A stretch of DNA of 63,641 nucleotides, the filler included, from Octopus bimaculoides (taxonomy: Eukaryota), in NCBI RefSeq assembly GCF_001194135.2. It is 5 parts of 5 records of this genome, joined end to end, with 100 filler letters (N's around TTAATTAATTAA, not from the genome) between each part and the next. Parts side by side here need not be neighbours in the genome. Positions count along the whole stretch, not along the records: positions 20,703 to 48,252 come from NC_069008.1; 4 more parts are not named here. One strand, 5' to 3'. Numbering within the stretch: position 1 is the stretch's first letter; each line of letters begins with the position of its first letter. Positions 27,866 to 38,823 of this stretch are shown here, one piece after another. Under the pieces are notes generated by a model, which saw only the letters and a list, made by a program, of their open reading frames with translations, ran no database searches and was not told the origin of the DNA. The position numbers and the translations under genes were made by a program.

Positions 27866-28166
27866 TCCATTGATTATGGCGACGAGGGTTCTAGTTGATC
27901 CAATCAATGGAAGGGCCTGCTCATTAAATTAATATGCATGTGGCCGAGTATTCCACAGACACATGTATCCTTAACATAGTTCTCGGTATATGACAAGGCT
28001 GGCCCCTTGTGAATTACAGGTCCAACTCATTGTTGCCAGCTGAGTGGAGTGGAGTAACATGAAACAAAGTTTCTTCCTCAAGCAAACAATGCCCTGCCAG
28101 GAATTGAACACAGGACCACACGATTGTGAGCCGAATACCCCTAACGACTAATCCACATGCCTTCAC
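27866..28166 (-). mobile_element. tRNA-derived CORE-like SINE (family C)
   Basis: Minus head GTGAAGGCATGTGGATTAGTCGTTAGGG..GTGTTCAATTCC; CORE-like TTGAGGAAGAAACTTTGTTTCATGTTACTCCACTCCACTCAGCTGGCAACAATGAG. Confidence 0.75.
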
Positions 28167-28190
28167 TACACACACACAGACATCCTCAAT

Positions 28191-28446
28191 CAGTGGTTCC
28201 CTGGTCACGTTCCTAGTGCTCCCACCCCCAACTAACCATCACAAACTCAGACCTCTTTCTAAAGCAAATTCAAAACAATTGTATTTCACAAATAAAACCT
28301 AGTAAACCCATTATTTTGTTTTTACACCAATCACACCCCTTTTGGCTACCCCATTATCACGCCCCATTTCTTCAACGCCCCCTTGGAACTTTCCACTGCC
28401 CCCAGCGGTGGGGAGGGGGTTTTACCACCCACTTTGCGAACCGCTG
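28191..28446. mobile_element. hAT (Charlie-like) MITE
   Basis: TIR CAGTGGTTCC..GCGAACCGCTG; 8-bp TSD TCCTCAAT/TCCTAAAA; sister copy at 45678-45936. Confidence 0.85.
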
Positions 28447-28658
28447 TCCTAAAATCATAGCAAATACACCAGGCTTTCCTCTTTGTAGATGAAAGCATTT
28501 GGTAACTCTGAGCAAGGACTTGAGTGACCCTCCATAGAGCATGAGCAAAACCTCAAACTACAGAACTACTGACACCGGGACACTGGAGCTAATGTCACAA
28601 ACAGAATAATACATAAGAGGACTGCTTAGATACACTTAGACAATGGCACTTAAGTGAT

Positions 28659-29150
28659 ACATTAGATAATGTAATTGAAGATATGATATTTCAATACAAG
28701 GTGGGATGGTCAAAGCCGGAGCATCTTTGATCATAAATCTGTTGGATCAGGGCTGACCTGGGGTTAAATAACAAGGAAGGAAGGAGGGACATGTAAGATA
28801 GTGCTGTCCGAGATACATTTTGAATAAAAGACAGGATGGTCGTGGCTGGGACACCCGTGATCATAGCTCTCTCAGGTCAGGACTAACCTGGGGCTAAGCA
28901 ACATCTATATCAAGGTGCAACACATTAGATAATGTAATCCTAGATAGACTATGCCTAAATAAAAGATGAGATGTTTGCAGATGGAATATACTGGATCAAG
29001 TCTCACCTGGAGCTAAACAACAACAATAACAACAACAAGGAAAGACATTAAATAATGTAGTCCGAGATATATCAGGTCTCGATAAAAGGCAGGATGGTCA
29101 TGGCCGGAACAGCTATGATCATAGCTCTGTCAGGTCAGGACAACAACAAA
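28659..29150 (+). repeat. Four degenerate tandem units of about 123-133 bp
   Basis: Units start at 28659, 28789, 28922 and 29045 and share ACATTARATAATGTA, GGATGGTC, TGATCATA and GACCTGGGGCTAA-(CAA). Confidence 0.8.
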
Positions 29151-30297
29151 GTCTCTTGATATCCCTTTTGTCTCCCATCCTCCCCACCACCACCTTCCTT
29201 CTGCATCATCCACCCCACCCCACGCCTACCTGTTGCCAATCTTTACCCTAACCCCCCCCCACTCACCAAGAGTTGGCCAAAACATGACTCAGGGCCTGGG
29301 GGCTTCCCCACCGTACCCCTTTCCTCTGGATAAGGTGGGGCAGGTACAGGCGTGGGAGAGGGGCTGATGTAGCTCTGACTACCTANNNNNNNNNNNNNNN
29401 NNNNNNNNNNNNNNNNNNNNNNNNNNNNNNNNNNNNNNNNNNNNNNNNNNNNNNNNNNNNNNNNNNNNNNNNNNNNNNNNNNNNNNNNNNNNNNNNNNNN
29501 NNNNNNNNNNNNNNNNNNNNNNNNNNNNNNNNNNNNNNNNNNNNNNNNNNNNNNNNNNNNNNNNNNNNNNNNNNNNNNNNNNNNNNNNNNNNNNNNNNNN
29601 NNNNNNNNNNNNNNNNNNNNNNNNNNNNNNNNNNNNNNNNNNNNNNNNNNNNNNNNNNNNNNNNNNNNNNNNNNNNNNNNNNNNNNNNNNNNNNNNNNNN
29701 NNNNNNNNNNNNNNNNNNNNNNNNNNNNNNNNNNNNNNNNNNNNNNNNNNNNNNNNNNNNNNNNNNNNNNNNNNNNNNNNNNNNNNNNNNNNNNNNNNNN
29801 NNNNNNNNNNNNNNNNNNNNNNNNNNNNNNNNNNNNNNNNNNNNNNNNNNNNNNNNNNNNNNNNNNNNNNNNNNNNNNNNNNNNNNNNNNNNNNNNNNNN
29901 NNNNNNNNNNNNNNNNNNNNNNNNNNGAGGTGTGTGGGTGGGCGGGAGAGCTACTTTTGTTTCACTGGAATTCGAATGAATACAACAAAAATTCCTGTTT
30001 TGTGGTTTTTGTTGTTGTTAGTTGCCAGACTGGCTTCTGGTCAATAATTCTGACGTGGGAAGATGGCTGCTGTTGGGTTTCACAACCACAATGGGTCTTA
30101 GCTTTTAAGTTTGGCAGAATCGGTAGAACATCGGGCAAAAACAACCTTGTGCGGCATTCAGTTGTGGCCCTTTACGGTCTGGCCTCAAATCACACTGACA
30201 TCGACTTTTGCAGGGGCTCAGAAAATAACCAATTATGAAGTGGGAAGTGGTCAGTGGCATCAACTGACCATAGCCAAAATTTCTGGCATTGGACCTA

Positions 30298-30735
30298 TCA
30301 TCATCGTCATCGTTCTTGTTTAACATCCTCCTTCCGTGCTGGTATGGGTCAGACGGTTTGACAGGAGCTGGCCAGGCAGAAGCCTGCATCGTGCTTCCGT
30401 CTGTTTTGGGAGGGATTTTACCGCTGGATGCCCTTCCTAACACCAACCACCCTCCAGAGCGGGCTGAGTGCTTTTTACGTGGCCCCAGCACAGGTGAGGT
30501 CAGTTTTGGAAAGGTTTTTACATCTGGATGCCCTTCCAAATGCCAACCACTTTACAGTGTGGACTGGGTGCTTTTTAAGTGACACCAGCACTGGCAGGGT
30601 CACCAAGTAACCTGCAAGACAAAGATCCTTTGAGTGGGGAGGGGCATTGGAGGAGAGGATCTTGTGCCAGATGATAAAAGGTTAGAGTGTGACAGAGAGA
30701 CAGAAACAAGAGACTTGCTGTAGAGGAGGCACATG
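30298..30735 (-). mobile_element. RTE LINE 3' UTR with an internally duplicated module of about 95 bp
   Basis: Two CTGGATGCCCTTCC..ACCAACCAC modules; (TGA)n tail at the 30298 end. Confidence 0.75.
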
Positions 30736-30830
30736 GTTGCCTGGCTAGAGAGAGAGAGTTAACAAGAAATGATAATGATCCTTTCTACTAAAGGCACAAT
30801 GCCTGAAATTTTGGGGGAGGCAGTTGTTCT

Positions 30831-31530
30831 GAAAGCATTGTTGTCAAAATAAGAATGACACAGATAAAGTTTAGGAAGCTGGAACCTCTACTAGCAGCAA
30901 AGGAATACTCTGTCTCCAAGAGGCAGATAAATTGAATGATGCTTGTGCATGAAGTACAATGTCACATGGTAGCAGAACATGGTCATTGAATATCAAATAG
31001 GTGTGAAGGCTGATGGTCATTGAATGTGAAGTAGGTGTAGAGGTTGATGGTCATTGAATGTGAAGTAGGTATGAAAGGTGGAAAGGAAAGAGGANNNNNN
31101 NNNNTGTAGAGGTTGATGGTCATTGAATGTGAAGTAGGTATGAAAGGTGGAAAGGAAAGAGGAGACCGTGCTGCACTGGATGTGTAATGTTGGTGTGGAT
31201 GAGTAATGGAATAGAAATAAGCAGAGAAATTGACTAACTCGATACAAGAGGAAACAGCTGTAGAGTGCAAGACCAGAAACTACGTTTGTATGGACATGCG
31301 ATGCGTATGGATGGTGACAGATAGGTACAGAAGTATCAGGAGGTCTGGGTGGAAGGGACTCACAGCAGGAGAAGTAAAACAGGGGCTTCTGGTAAAGGCT
31401 GTTCTCAGGAAGGTGAATCTCATAAAAAATGCAATAAATAACAAGACACCATACTGGAAAAACTCATCCAAGTCTCATAAACAAAGAATAATACGCAAAC
31501 AATGACGACAGCAATGACAAGATGACAACA
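30831..31530 (+). mobile_element. Decayed RTE LINE C-terminal region with an internal 34-bp x3 tandem
   Basis: ESIVVKIRMTQIKFRKLEPLL, DACA*STMSHGSRTWSL, VLHWMCNV and LRLYGHAMRMDGDR*VQKYQEVWVEGT are standard RTE C-terminal motifs. Confidence 0.85.
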
Positions 31531-31595
31531 GTGATAATGTATGTGGCTGGTGCATGCATCTATATATATATATATACCGATATTCNNNNNNNNNN

Positions 31596-31680
31596 GAGCT
31601 GGCAGAATCATTAGCACACTGGGCGAAATGCTTAGTGGTATTTCGTCTGCCATTACATTCCGAGTTCAATTACAGGCAGT
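31596..31680 (+). mobile_element. SINE family B head
   Basis: GAGCTGGCAGAATCATTAGCAC..GAGTTCAA. Confidence 0.8.
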
Positions 31681-31839
31681 GGCTTGGATGAATAATATCA
31701 GCAAAAGAAAATACCTTAGGAATGAGGACCCAGGGTTGGGTTCAAAATTCTACAAGGACACCTAACGTAAATAATGTACTCTGCACACACACACACACAG
31801 AATGTTGTAATAGAGAAATTACTCCACCTTTAATCCCAA

Positions 31840-32065
31840 TTCAACATCCAGCCACCAAACTGGTATGGATTAGACAGTTTGGCAAAATCCGAAGAACTGA
31901 GTGATTACACCAAGCCACAATGTCTGCTTTGGCACAATTTCTACAGCTGAATGCCCTTCCTAACATCAACCACTTTAAATAGTGTACCCAGAGCCCCTTT
32001 AAAAAATTTTTTTTTGATTTTTGTAGCACCAGCATTGGTGGGGTCACCTTGCAAGTTACAAGACT
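31840..32065 (-). mobile_element. RTE LINE 3' UTR fragment, diverged
   Basis: CTGAATGCCCTTCCTAACATCAACCAC module. Confidence 0.65.
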
Positions 32066-32109
32066 AACGACCTAAAGCCAGTCTTATAACTGACAGAAGA
32101 GAAGAAAGA

Positions 32110-32181
<72 letters not shown>

Positions 32182-33149
32182 NNNNNNNNNNNNNNNNNNN
32201 NNNNNNNNNNNNNNNNNNNNNNNNNNNNNNNNNNNNNNNNNNNNNNNNNNNNNNNNNNNNNNNNNNNNNNNNNNNNNNNNNNNNNNNNNNNNNNNNNNNN
32301 NNNNNNNNNNNNNNNNNNNNNNNNNNNNNNNNNNNNNNNNNNNNNNNNNNNNNNNNNNNNNNNNNNNNNNNNNNNNNNNNNNNNNNNNNNNNNNNNNNNN
32401 NNNNNNNNNNNNNNNNNNNNNNNNNNNNNNNNNNNNNNNNNNNNNNNNNNNNNNNNNNNNNNNNNNNNNNNNNNNNNNNNNNNNNNNNNNNNNNNNNNNN
32501 NNNNNNNNNNNNNNNNNNNNNNNNNNNNNNNNNNNNNNNNNNNNNNNNNNNNNNNNNNNNNNNNNNNNNNNNNNNNNNNNNNNNNNNNNNNNNNNNNNNN
32601 NNNNNNNNNNNNNNNNNNNNNNNNNNNNNNNNNNNNNNNNNNNNNNNNNNNNNNNNNNNNNNNNNNNNNNNNNNNNNNNNNNNNNNNNNNNNNNNNNNNN
32701 NNNNNNNNNNNNNNNNNNNNNNNNNNNNNNNNNNNNNNNNNNNNNNNNNNNNNNNNNNNNNNNNNNNNNNNNNNNNNCAGGCAGGTGGACAGGGGATAGA
32801 CCACTAGCAGGACAGGCAGGTGGCTGGACAGACGGATACTGACAAATGACTGGTAGGACAGAAAGGTGGATGGAGGAATGGACGGCTGGCAGGACAGGCA
32901 GGTGGATGGACGAATGGAGGGCTGAGGGGAAAGGCAAGTGGACAGAAAGACAGCTGGCAGCACAGATAGGTGGACAAATAAATGGATGGCTGAACAAATA
33001 AGTGGATGGACAGCTGGATGGACAGGAAGGAAGATAGATAGGTAGACAGGTGAGAAGGCAGCTGAATGGACCAACAAGCAACCAGGGAGACAGACAGACA
33101 GACAGACAGAAAGCCAGCTGGATGGGCGAGGCTGGATTAAGCATACAGG

Positions 33150-33305
33150 TAGACAGCTTCTTTCAGTTTCTGTCTACTAAACCCACTCACAAAGATTTGG
33201 TCAGCCTGAGGACATAGAAGACGCTCAAGGTGCCATGCAGTGGGATTGAACCTGGAACTATGTGGTTGGGAAGCAAGCTTCTTACCACATAACCATGCCT
33301 ACACC
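33150..33305 (-). mobile_element. SINE family A, 5' half, fully CpG-decayed
   Basis: Aligns to 23525-23684. Confidence 0.85.
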
Positions 33306-33575
33306 ATCTTTAAAGACAGTAAAGTATGATACAAGAGATTTGACTATCATTTCAAGCATTTTCAGTGACCCCTACGGAAGCTCCCTCGTTGGCTAATCTC
33401 TTCCCTGTACTAACACATCTGCTGACAATACTTCTACAGCATAAACACCTCCTCCTTCTCACTCCACCCCACCCAGTGACCATTAATCAAAGCTGCTGTC
33501 AGCGCCTTCTGCAGCAGTCACGCTGGCGGAACGAGACCATCTGCAATGCCATTAGCAGCATCGTTATCAGGCGAA

Positions 33576-33670
<95 letters not shown>

Positions 33671-33929
33671 AGTGCATCAACAGGAAAAAAAAACAAAAAC
33701 AAATCTACTTTGGTTGTGTAGTTAAAGGCATCTGATTGACAACTAAATTGGCAGGAGTTCAATCCCATGATACAGAGAACGTCTGTTAGCAGAGCCTTGG
33801 GTTTAACCAGGAACGTGCCATCAGGGTAGGCTGTTGGTGACCCTTATGTAATAAAACACAAAAAAAGAAGCAAAAACACAGACACATGACTGAGTTGAAG
33901 GCAGATTTACTTCTGCCTTTATAGCACAT

Positions 33930-34075
33930 AACATATTCCCTTCTCAGATTCACACAGTTATTGCAAGGGTCCTTCAGGTTTTCTAGGCCCTGTAAAAGAA
34001 CTTCGAAGGTCAGACCTCCAACCAAGCCTTTTGCAATACTCTTAAAACCAGGAACTTTTCAATCCCCCCCTTGTA
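33930..34075 (-). mobile_element. Mariner-derived MITE (TIR plus transposase C-terminal remnant)
   Basis: TA-CAAGGGGGGGATTGAAAAGTTCCTGG end; encodes LQGLENLKDPCNNCVNLRREYV, like a mariner C-terminus. Confidence 0.8.
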
Positions 34076-34330
34076 TGTCTGATATATATAATATGTACAA
34101 CAAAATACCATAAACAAACAAACGAAGAGCCACCTTAAGCAGCTCAACCCTTCAAGAATTACAATTTCAAAGAAGAATAATTTGAACCACAAGATTCATA
34201 ATCAACAGACACACCAAATGTATAGGTCCATCAACAGCAGCCACACACATACACACATTTATGTCTGCACCCTCTCACATAACTTGAAATATGCTGTGGT
34301 ATAAAGCATCAGTATAGATCTGTACCTTAC

Positions 34331-34400
34331 CCCCAAAGAAACAGCAGACGGGAATTCCATACTTACCTGCAAAGAGAAATGAAAATTAAATTCAAAACAA
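34331..34400 (-). promoter_or_regulatory. Candidate recursive splice site (3'ss immediately followed by 5'ss) plus 36-nt RS-exon
   Basis: Minus strand TTTTGAATTTAATTTTCATTTCTCTTTGCAG|GTAAGT (junction 34367/34366); second donor GGGG|GTAAGG 36 nt downstream. Confidence 0.55.
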
Positions 34401-34602
34401 GACCACAAATTCTTTTCACAAAATGCAACAAATGGCAGAGTTCCAGGAATTTTGGTAGACAATTATAACAAATAATAATAATAACAATAATAATCCTTTC
34501 AACTAAGGCACAAAGCCTGAAATTTGGTAGGAGGGAATAAGTCGATTACATTAACCCTGGTATTCAACTGGTAAAAGAAAATACAGGAGAATCAGTTAAT
34601 TA

Positions 34603-34757
34603 TGATTTTATTCAACATATTCCCCTCTCAGCTTCCCACGCTTATTGCAGGGGTCCTTCAGTTTTTCTAGGCCCTGTAAAAGAACTCGGAAGGTCAGGCC
34701 TCCGGCCAGGCCTTTTGCGATACTCTTAAAGCTAAGAAGTTTTCAGCATCCCTTGTA
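34603..34757 (-). mobile_element. Mariner-derived MITE, second copy
   Basis: Closely similar to 33930-34075. Confidence 0.8.
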
Positions 34758-34956
34758 TGTGTGTGTATACATACATACACAAGTCTGGGAAAAGGTTGTT
34801 TATGGAAGACCAGCAGTTACCTATGCATGCCAGCCTCCCCTTCCCCACACCATTATATGTACATAGGGTAAAGGGTAGAGACCCCCTTTGGTCAAGAATG
34901 ACAATGGGATTGCACCTAGAAAGTTCCCCTTCAAAGCACAGACAGATAGGAAGATG

Positions 34957-34988
<32 letters not shown>

Positions 34989-35624
34989 TAGGATGATGGG
35001 AGTGAGGGAAAGAGAGAAGACAGGAGAGAGAGAGATAAATAGGAAGATGGAGAGAGAGAAACAATGGGAGTGTGAGAGAAAGCGAAAATACGGGTGGGGT
35101 GGGGGTTTCAGAAAAAGTAAAATGAGATGAAGTTGAGAACAGAGAAAGAAAAGTTGCAAAGCGAGGAAGGAAGGCAGAAACAACCACCAGGGATGCTAAG
35201 CTGCTGCTGCTAGCTACTCACTGTCCCACTTGTTAACACCCTGTCTGTCTGTCTGTCCTCTCATGTTTCAGTCACACCAATTGGTTTACTAGAAACCAAA
35301 CCACATTCCTCAAATTCTTCCTTCAGAACTGTCAACCACTTGTTGCTATTTAACCCAAGGTCACACCTGACCCACTAGACCTTAACACCAAACCTGTCCC
35401 AGCAACAACCATTCATACTTTAAAAAAAAATTTTTTTTTTTTACAATTATTTTTATTGCAACAGTGTATCTAGGACTACATCAGCTAAAGTGTCCTACTT
35501 TACTTTTGTCGATGCTGTTTAGCGTCAAGGACATTCCTGATCCAGTAAATCTCTACGATCAAAAGGCACTCCAGACATGGCCAACCTGTCTTTTATTCAT
35601 ATGCAATAAGTGCAGTTGTAGCAT

Positions 35625-35698
35625 AGGTAACAGGTATGACTGCGCAATAGGTTTCCACATGGTTCCAGGTTCAGTCCCACTCGATAGCACCTTGGGCT
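35625..35698 (+). mobile_element. SINE family A head, truncated
   Basis: CCACATGGTTCCAGGTTCAGTCCCACT..CACCTTGGGC abuts the Tc1 fragment. Confidence 0.7.
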
Positions 35699-36021
35699 GC
35701 CACCTCTTCTTCGCCCAGGGCAGCACTACCTCCTCCAGGCACTTGATGTAGACCTCCATGTTGAGTCTGAGACCATGTGGGAAGATGAATGGCAGCATAA
35801 TGTTGCCCTCACTAGTGATCACTCCAAACACCATGGTGTTGACTGGATGTTTGATTTTTATCCCTCTCAGTACGTGTCCTCAGATTGACACCCAAACACT
35901 CTGAAATGTTCGTATTAGCGCTTCCAGCATGAATACCAAGCTGTACAGTTTGTCGTTTCTAAATTTCTGGCAGAGTATAATCTGCATAATTTAGACATCA
36001 ATATATTCACCGCATCCTGTA
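35697..36021 (-). mobile_element. Internally deleted Tc1/mariner-superfamily transposon
   Basis: TA-CAGGATGCGGTG TIR; HTH start GIHAGSANTNISECLGVNLRT fused to catalytic-domain KHPVNTMVFGVITSEGNIMLPFIFPHGLRLNMEVYIKCLEEVVLPW. Confidence 0.9.
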
Positions 36022-36039
36022 TATATGGATGGATGGATT

Positions 36040-36255
36040 GATGGATAGATACATGACGTGTGCGTTTGTCCCCCAATACTGCATGAACAACAAGTGTTGG
36101 TGTCTTTACATCCCTGTAACTTAGCAGTTTGGAAAAAGAGACCAATACAATAAATATCAGGCTTAATAAAAAAAAAAGTACTAGGGTGGATTCCTTCAAT
36201 TAAAATTATTCAAGATGGTGCTCCAGCATGGCCACAGTTTAATGAGTGAAAAGAG
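36040..36255 (+). mobile_element. SINE family A, 3' half
   Basis: GTAACTTAGCAGTTTGGAAAAAGAGACC..GGTGCTCCAGCATGGCCACAG tail. Confidence 0.8.
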
Positions 36256-36274
36256 TAAAAGGCTTTTGTGAGTG

Positions 36275-36336
<62 letters not shown>

Positions 36337-36457
36337 NNNNNNNNNNNNNNNNNNNNNNNNNNNNNNNNNNNNNNNNNNNNNNNNNNNNNNNNNNNNNNNN
36401 NNNNNNNNNNNNNNNNNNNNNNNNNNNNNNNNNNNNNNNNNNNNNNNNNNNNNNNNN

Positions 36458-36605
36458 TTATATCCTTGTAACTTAGCGGTTCGGCAACAGAGACCAATAG
36501 AATAAGTACTAAGCTCACAAAGAATTAAGTCCTGGGGTCGCTTAGTTCGACTAAAGGCAGTGCTCCAGCATGGCCAGTCAAATGACTGAAATAAGTAAAA
36601 GAATA
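36458..36605 (+). mobile_element. SINE family A, 3' half
   Basis: Tail GTGCTCCAGCATGGCCAGTCAAATGACTGAAATAAGTAAAAG. Confidence 0.85.
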
Positions 36606-36789
36606 ATGGCATGTAAAAACAACAACAAATTGTTTTTAAGACAAGAAATATGCGAAGGAAATGAATGAAAGCCACAAAGGGAAAGTTTGTGACACATTAT
36701 TAACCGTGAACTGAAAACCTTAATGCAAGCAGCAACCTTTGTTTGAGATGTGGATGGGAGGATACGTAAATGTGTGTTTGGTGGAATGT

Positions 36790-36957
36790 TGTAGACAGAG
36801 AGAGACAAACAGACAGACAGAGACAAACAGACAGACAGAGAGAGACAAACAGACAGACAGAGAGAGACAAACAGACAGACAGAGAGAGACAAACAGACAG
36901 ACAGAGAGAGACAAACAGACAGACAGAGAGAGACAAACAGACAGACAGAGAGAGACA
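36790..36957. repeat. 22-bp minisatellite (AGACAGAGAGAGACAAACAGAC)n
   Basis: About 7 copies running into a gap. Confidence 0.9.
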
Positions 36958-37515
36958 NNNNNNNNNNNNNNNNNNNNNNNNNNNNNNNNNNNNNNNNNNN
37001 NNNNNNNNNNNNNNNNNNNNNNNNNNNNNNNNNNNNNNNNNNNNNNNNNNNNNNNNNNNNNNNNNNNNNNNNNNNNNNNNNNNNNNNNNNNNNNNNNNNN
37101 NNNNNNNNNNNNNNNNNNNNNNNNNNNNNNNNNNNNNNNNNNNNNNNNNNNNNNNNNNNNNNNNNNNNNNNNNNNNNNNNNNNNNNNNNNNNNNNNNNNN
37201 NNNNNNNNNNNNNNNNNNNNNNNNNNNNNNNNNNNNNNNNNNNNNNNNNNNNNNNNNNNNNNNNNNNNNNNNNNNNNNNNNNNNNNNNNNNNNNNNNNNN
37301 NNNNNNNNNNNNNNNNNNNNNNGCTGCCTTAAAATAATAGACAGAGAACACCACTGGAAAATATGAAAGCTAAACAAAGCAGCACATATGCTAGGGCACA
37401 ACAACCTCCTAAGCAGACCAAGTGCAGATATGAACAGCATATGGGAACCGGTATTAAGGAAGGATAGGAGAATATTAGATTTATAAGCACTGAAATTCAC
37501 TCCATAATTGCCCAC

Positions 37516-37750
37516 GGGCATATGGCGTAGTTGTTAAGAGCACGGACTACTAACACCAAGATTCCTAGTTCGATTCCAGGCAGTGACGTGAAGAATACTA
37601 ACAACATCAAAAAATACCTTAGGAATGAGAACCCAGGTTCGAACTTTCCCCAAGACACCTGATGAAAGCTGGAGGGTATATCAGCTGAAATGTCTTAGCA
37701 ACAAACAAGATGAGGACAAATATCCGTCAATTGTAAATAATGTAAATAAT
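37516..37750 (+). mobile_element. tRNA-headed SINE carrying a degenerate hammerhead motif
   Basis: A box TGGCGTAGTTG (37523), B box AGTTCGATTCC (37567); CTGATGA-A-AGCTG(10 nt)CAGCT-GAAA-TGTC at 37659-37694; partial sister at 31706-31778. Confidence 0.7.
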
Positions 37751-37764
37751 TAACAGGTTTTAGT

Positions 37765-37935
37765 TGAAGAAGTCGGCCTCTAGGGCTTCTTTCAATTTCC
37801 GTCTACCAAATCTACTCAAGGCTTTGGTCGGCCCAAGGCTATAGTAGAAGACATTTGCCCAAGGTGCCACGTTGAACCCAGAACCATGTGGTTGGGAAGC
37901 AAGCTCCTTGCCACACAGCCACACCTGCACCTACA
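37765..37935 (-). mobile_element. SINE family A, 5' half
   Basis: Aligns to 23525-23684. Confidence 0.85.
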
Positions 37936-38152
37936 GAAATTTTATACAGATAATGCATAATACACACAAATACATATGCACATGTAGAAGGAGCTGCATA
38001 CAGGATCGATTGACTGGCTAAAAACAGCAGCAGAATCGACCTTAAATCACATCAACACACACAAATACACATTTATACACTGATAATATACACACATTAA
38101 TATTTAACAGAACAGATTCAAGGTATGAAGGTTTCGTACATTGGCATCAACA

Positions 38153-38244
<92 letters not shown>

Positions 38245-38650
38245 CAGCTATCATTTGGTATGTAGAAAAGTACTGCCTTCTCATGCACCACACCCCTTAT
38301 CTGCCCACCACCACCGACAGACACACTTTTCAGTTTTAAGTGCTCATGTACCCAATAGCAGACACACACACCCCTACCTCCTTTCCACCCTCACCCTGTC
38401 GATCCGGCAGAGCAGCAAAAGTGTCACAGCCAGAAGCTAAGCTATATCTTGTGTGAACCAGAGAAGAGAGAAGCAAGACTTATTTAGAGGTGACTCTTAA
38501 GCTTCTTGTCACAGCACCACCCTGGGGGTAGGCATCTACAACTTGTACAAGATCCAATGGGGAAAATCTATTAGGGGTGGGTGAGGAATGCATCCTGGTG
38601 AGGGCTATGGCTGGTGACCCATAAGTGTATATATATATATAATTATATAT

Positions 38651-38823
38651 AGTATTAATAAAATAGATGGAATGTGTGATAGACTTTATTGGGTACAACA
38701 CGTTTCGACCCGTTCTGGGTCTCTTCAGGTACATCAATAAAAAGTCTCACTAGAGATTTCTTCAATTAGCTTCCGTACCCAATAAAGTCTATCACACATT
38801 CCATCCCCTATTTTATTAATACT
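38651..38823. repeat. 46/49-bp inverted repeat enclosing the hammerhead
   Basis: The reverse complement of 38651-38696 equals 38775-38823 except for a 3-nt insertion. Confidence 0.92.
38693..38732 (-). ncRNA. Intact-core minimal type I hammerhead ribozyme (Penelope-type)
   Basis: GUAC-CUGAAGA-GACCC agaac GGGUC-GAAA-C GU G-UU-GUAC: canonical core, 5-bp stem II, self-complementary stem III (with G-U), GUU triplet, stem I GUAC/GUAC. Confidence 0.85.
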
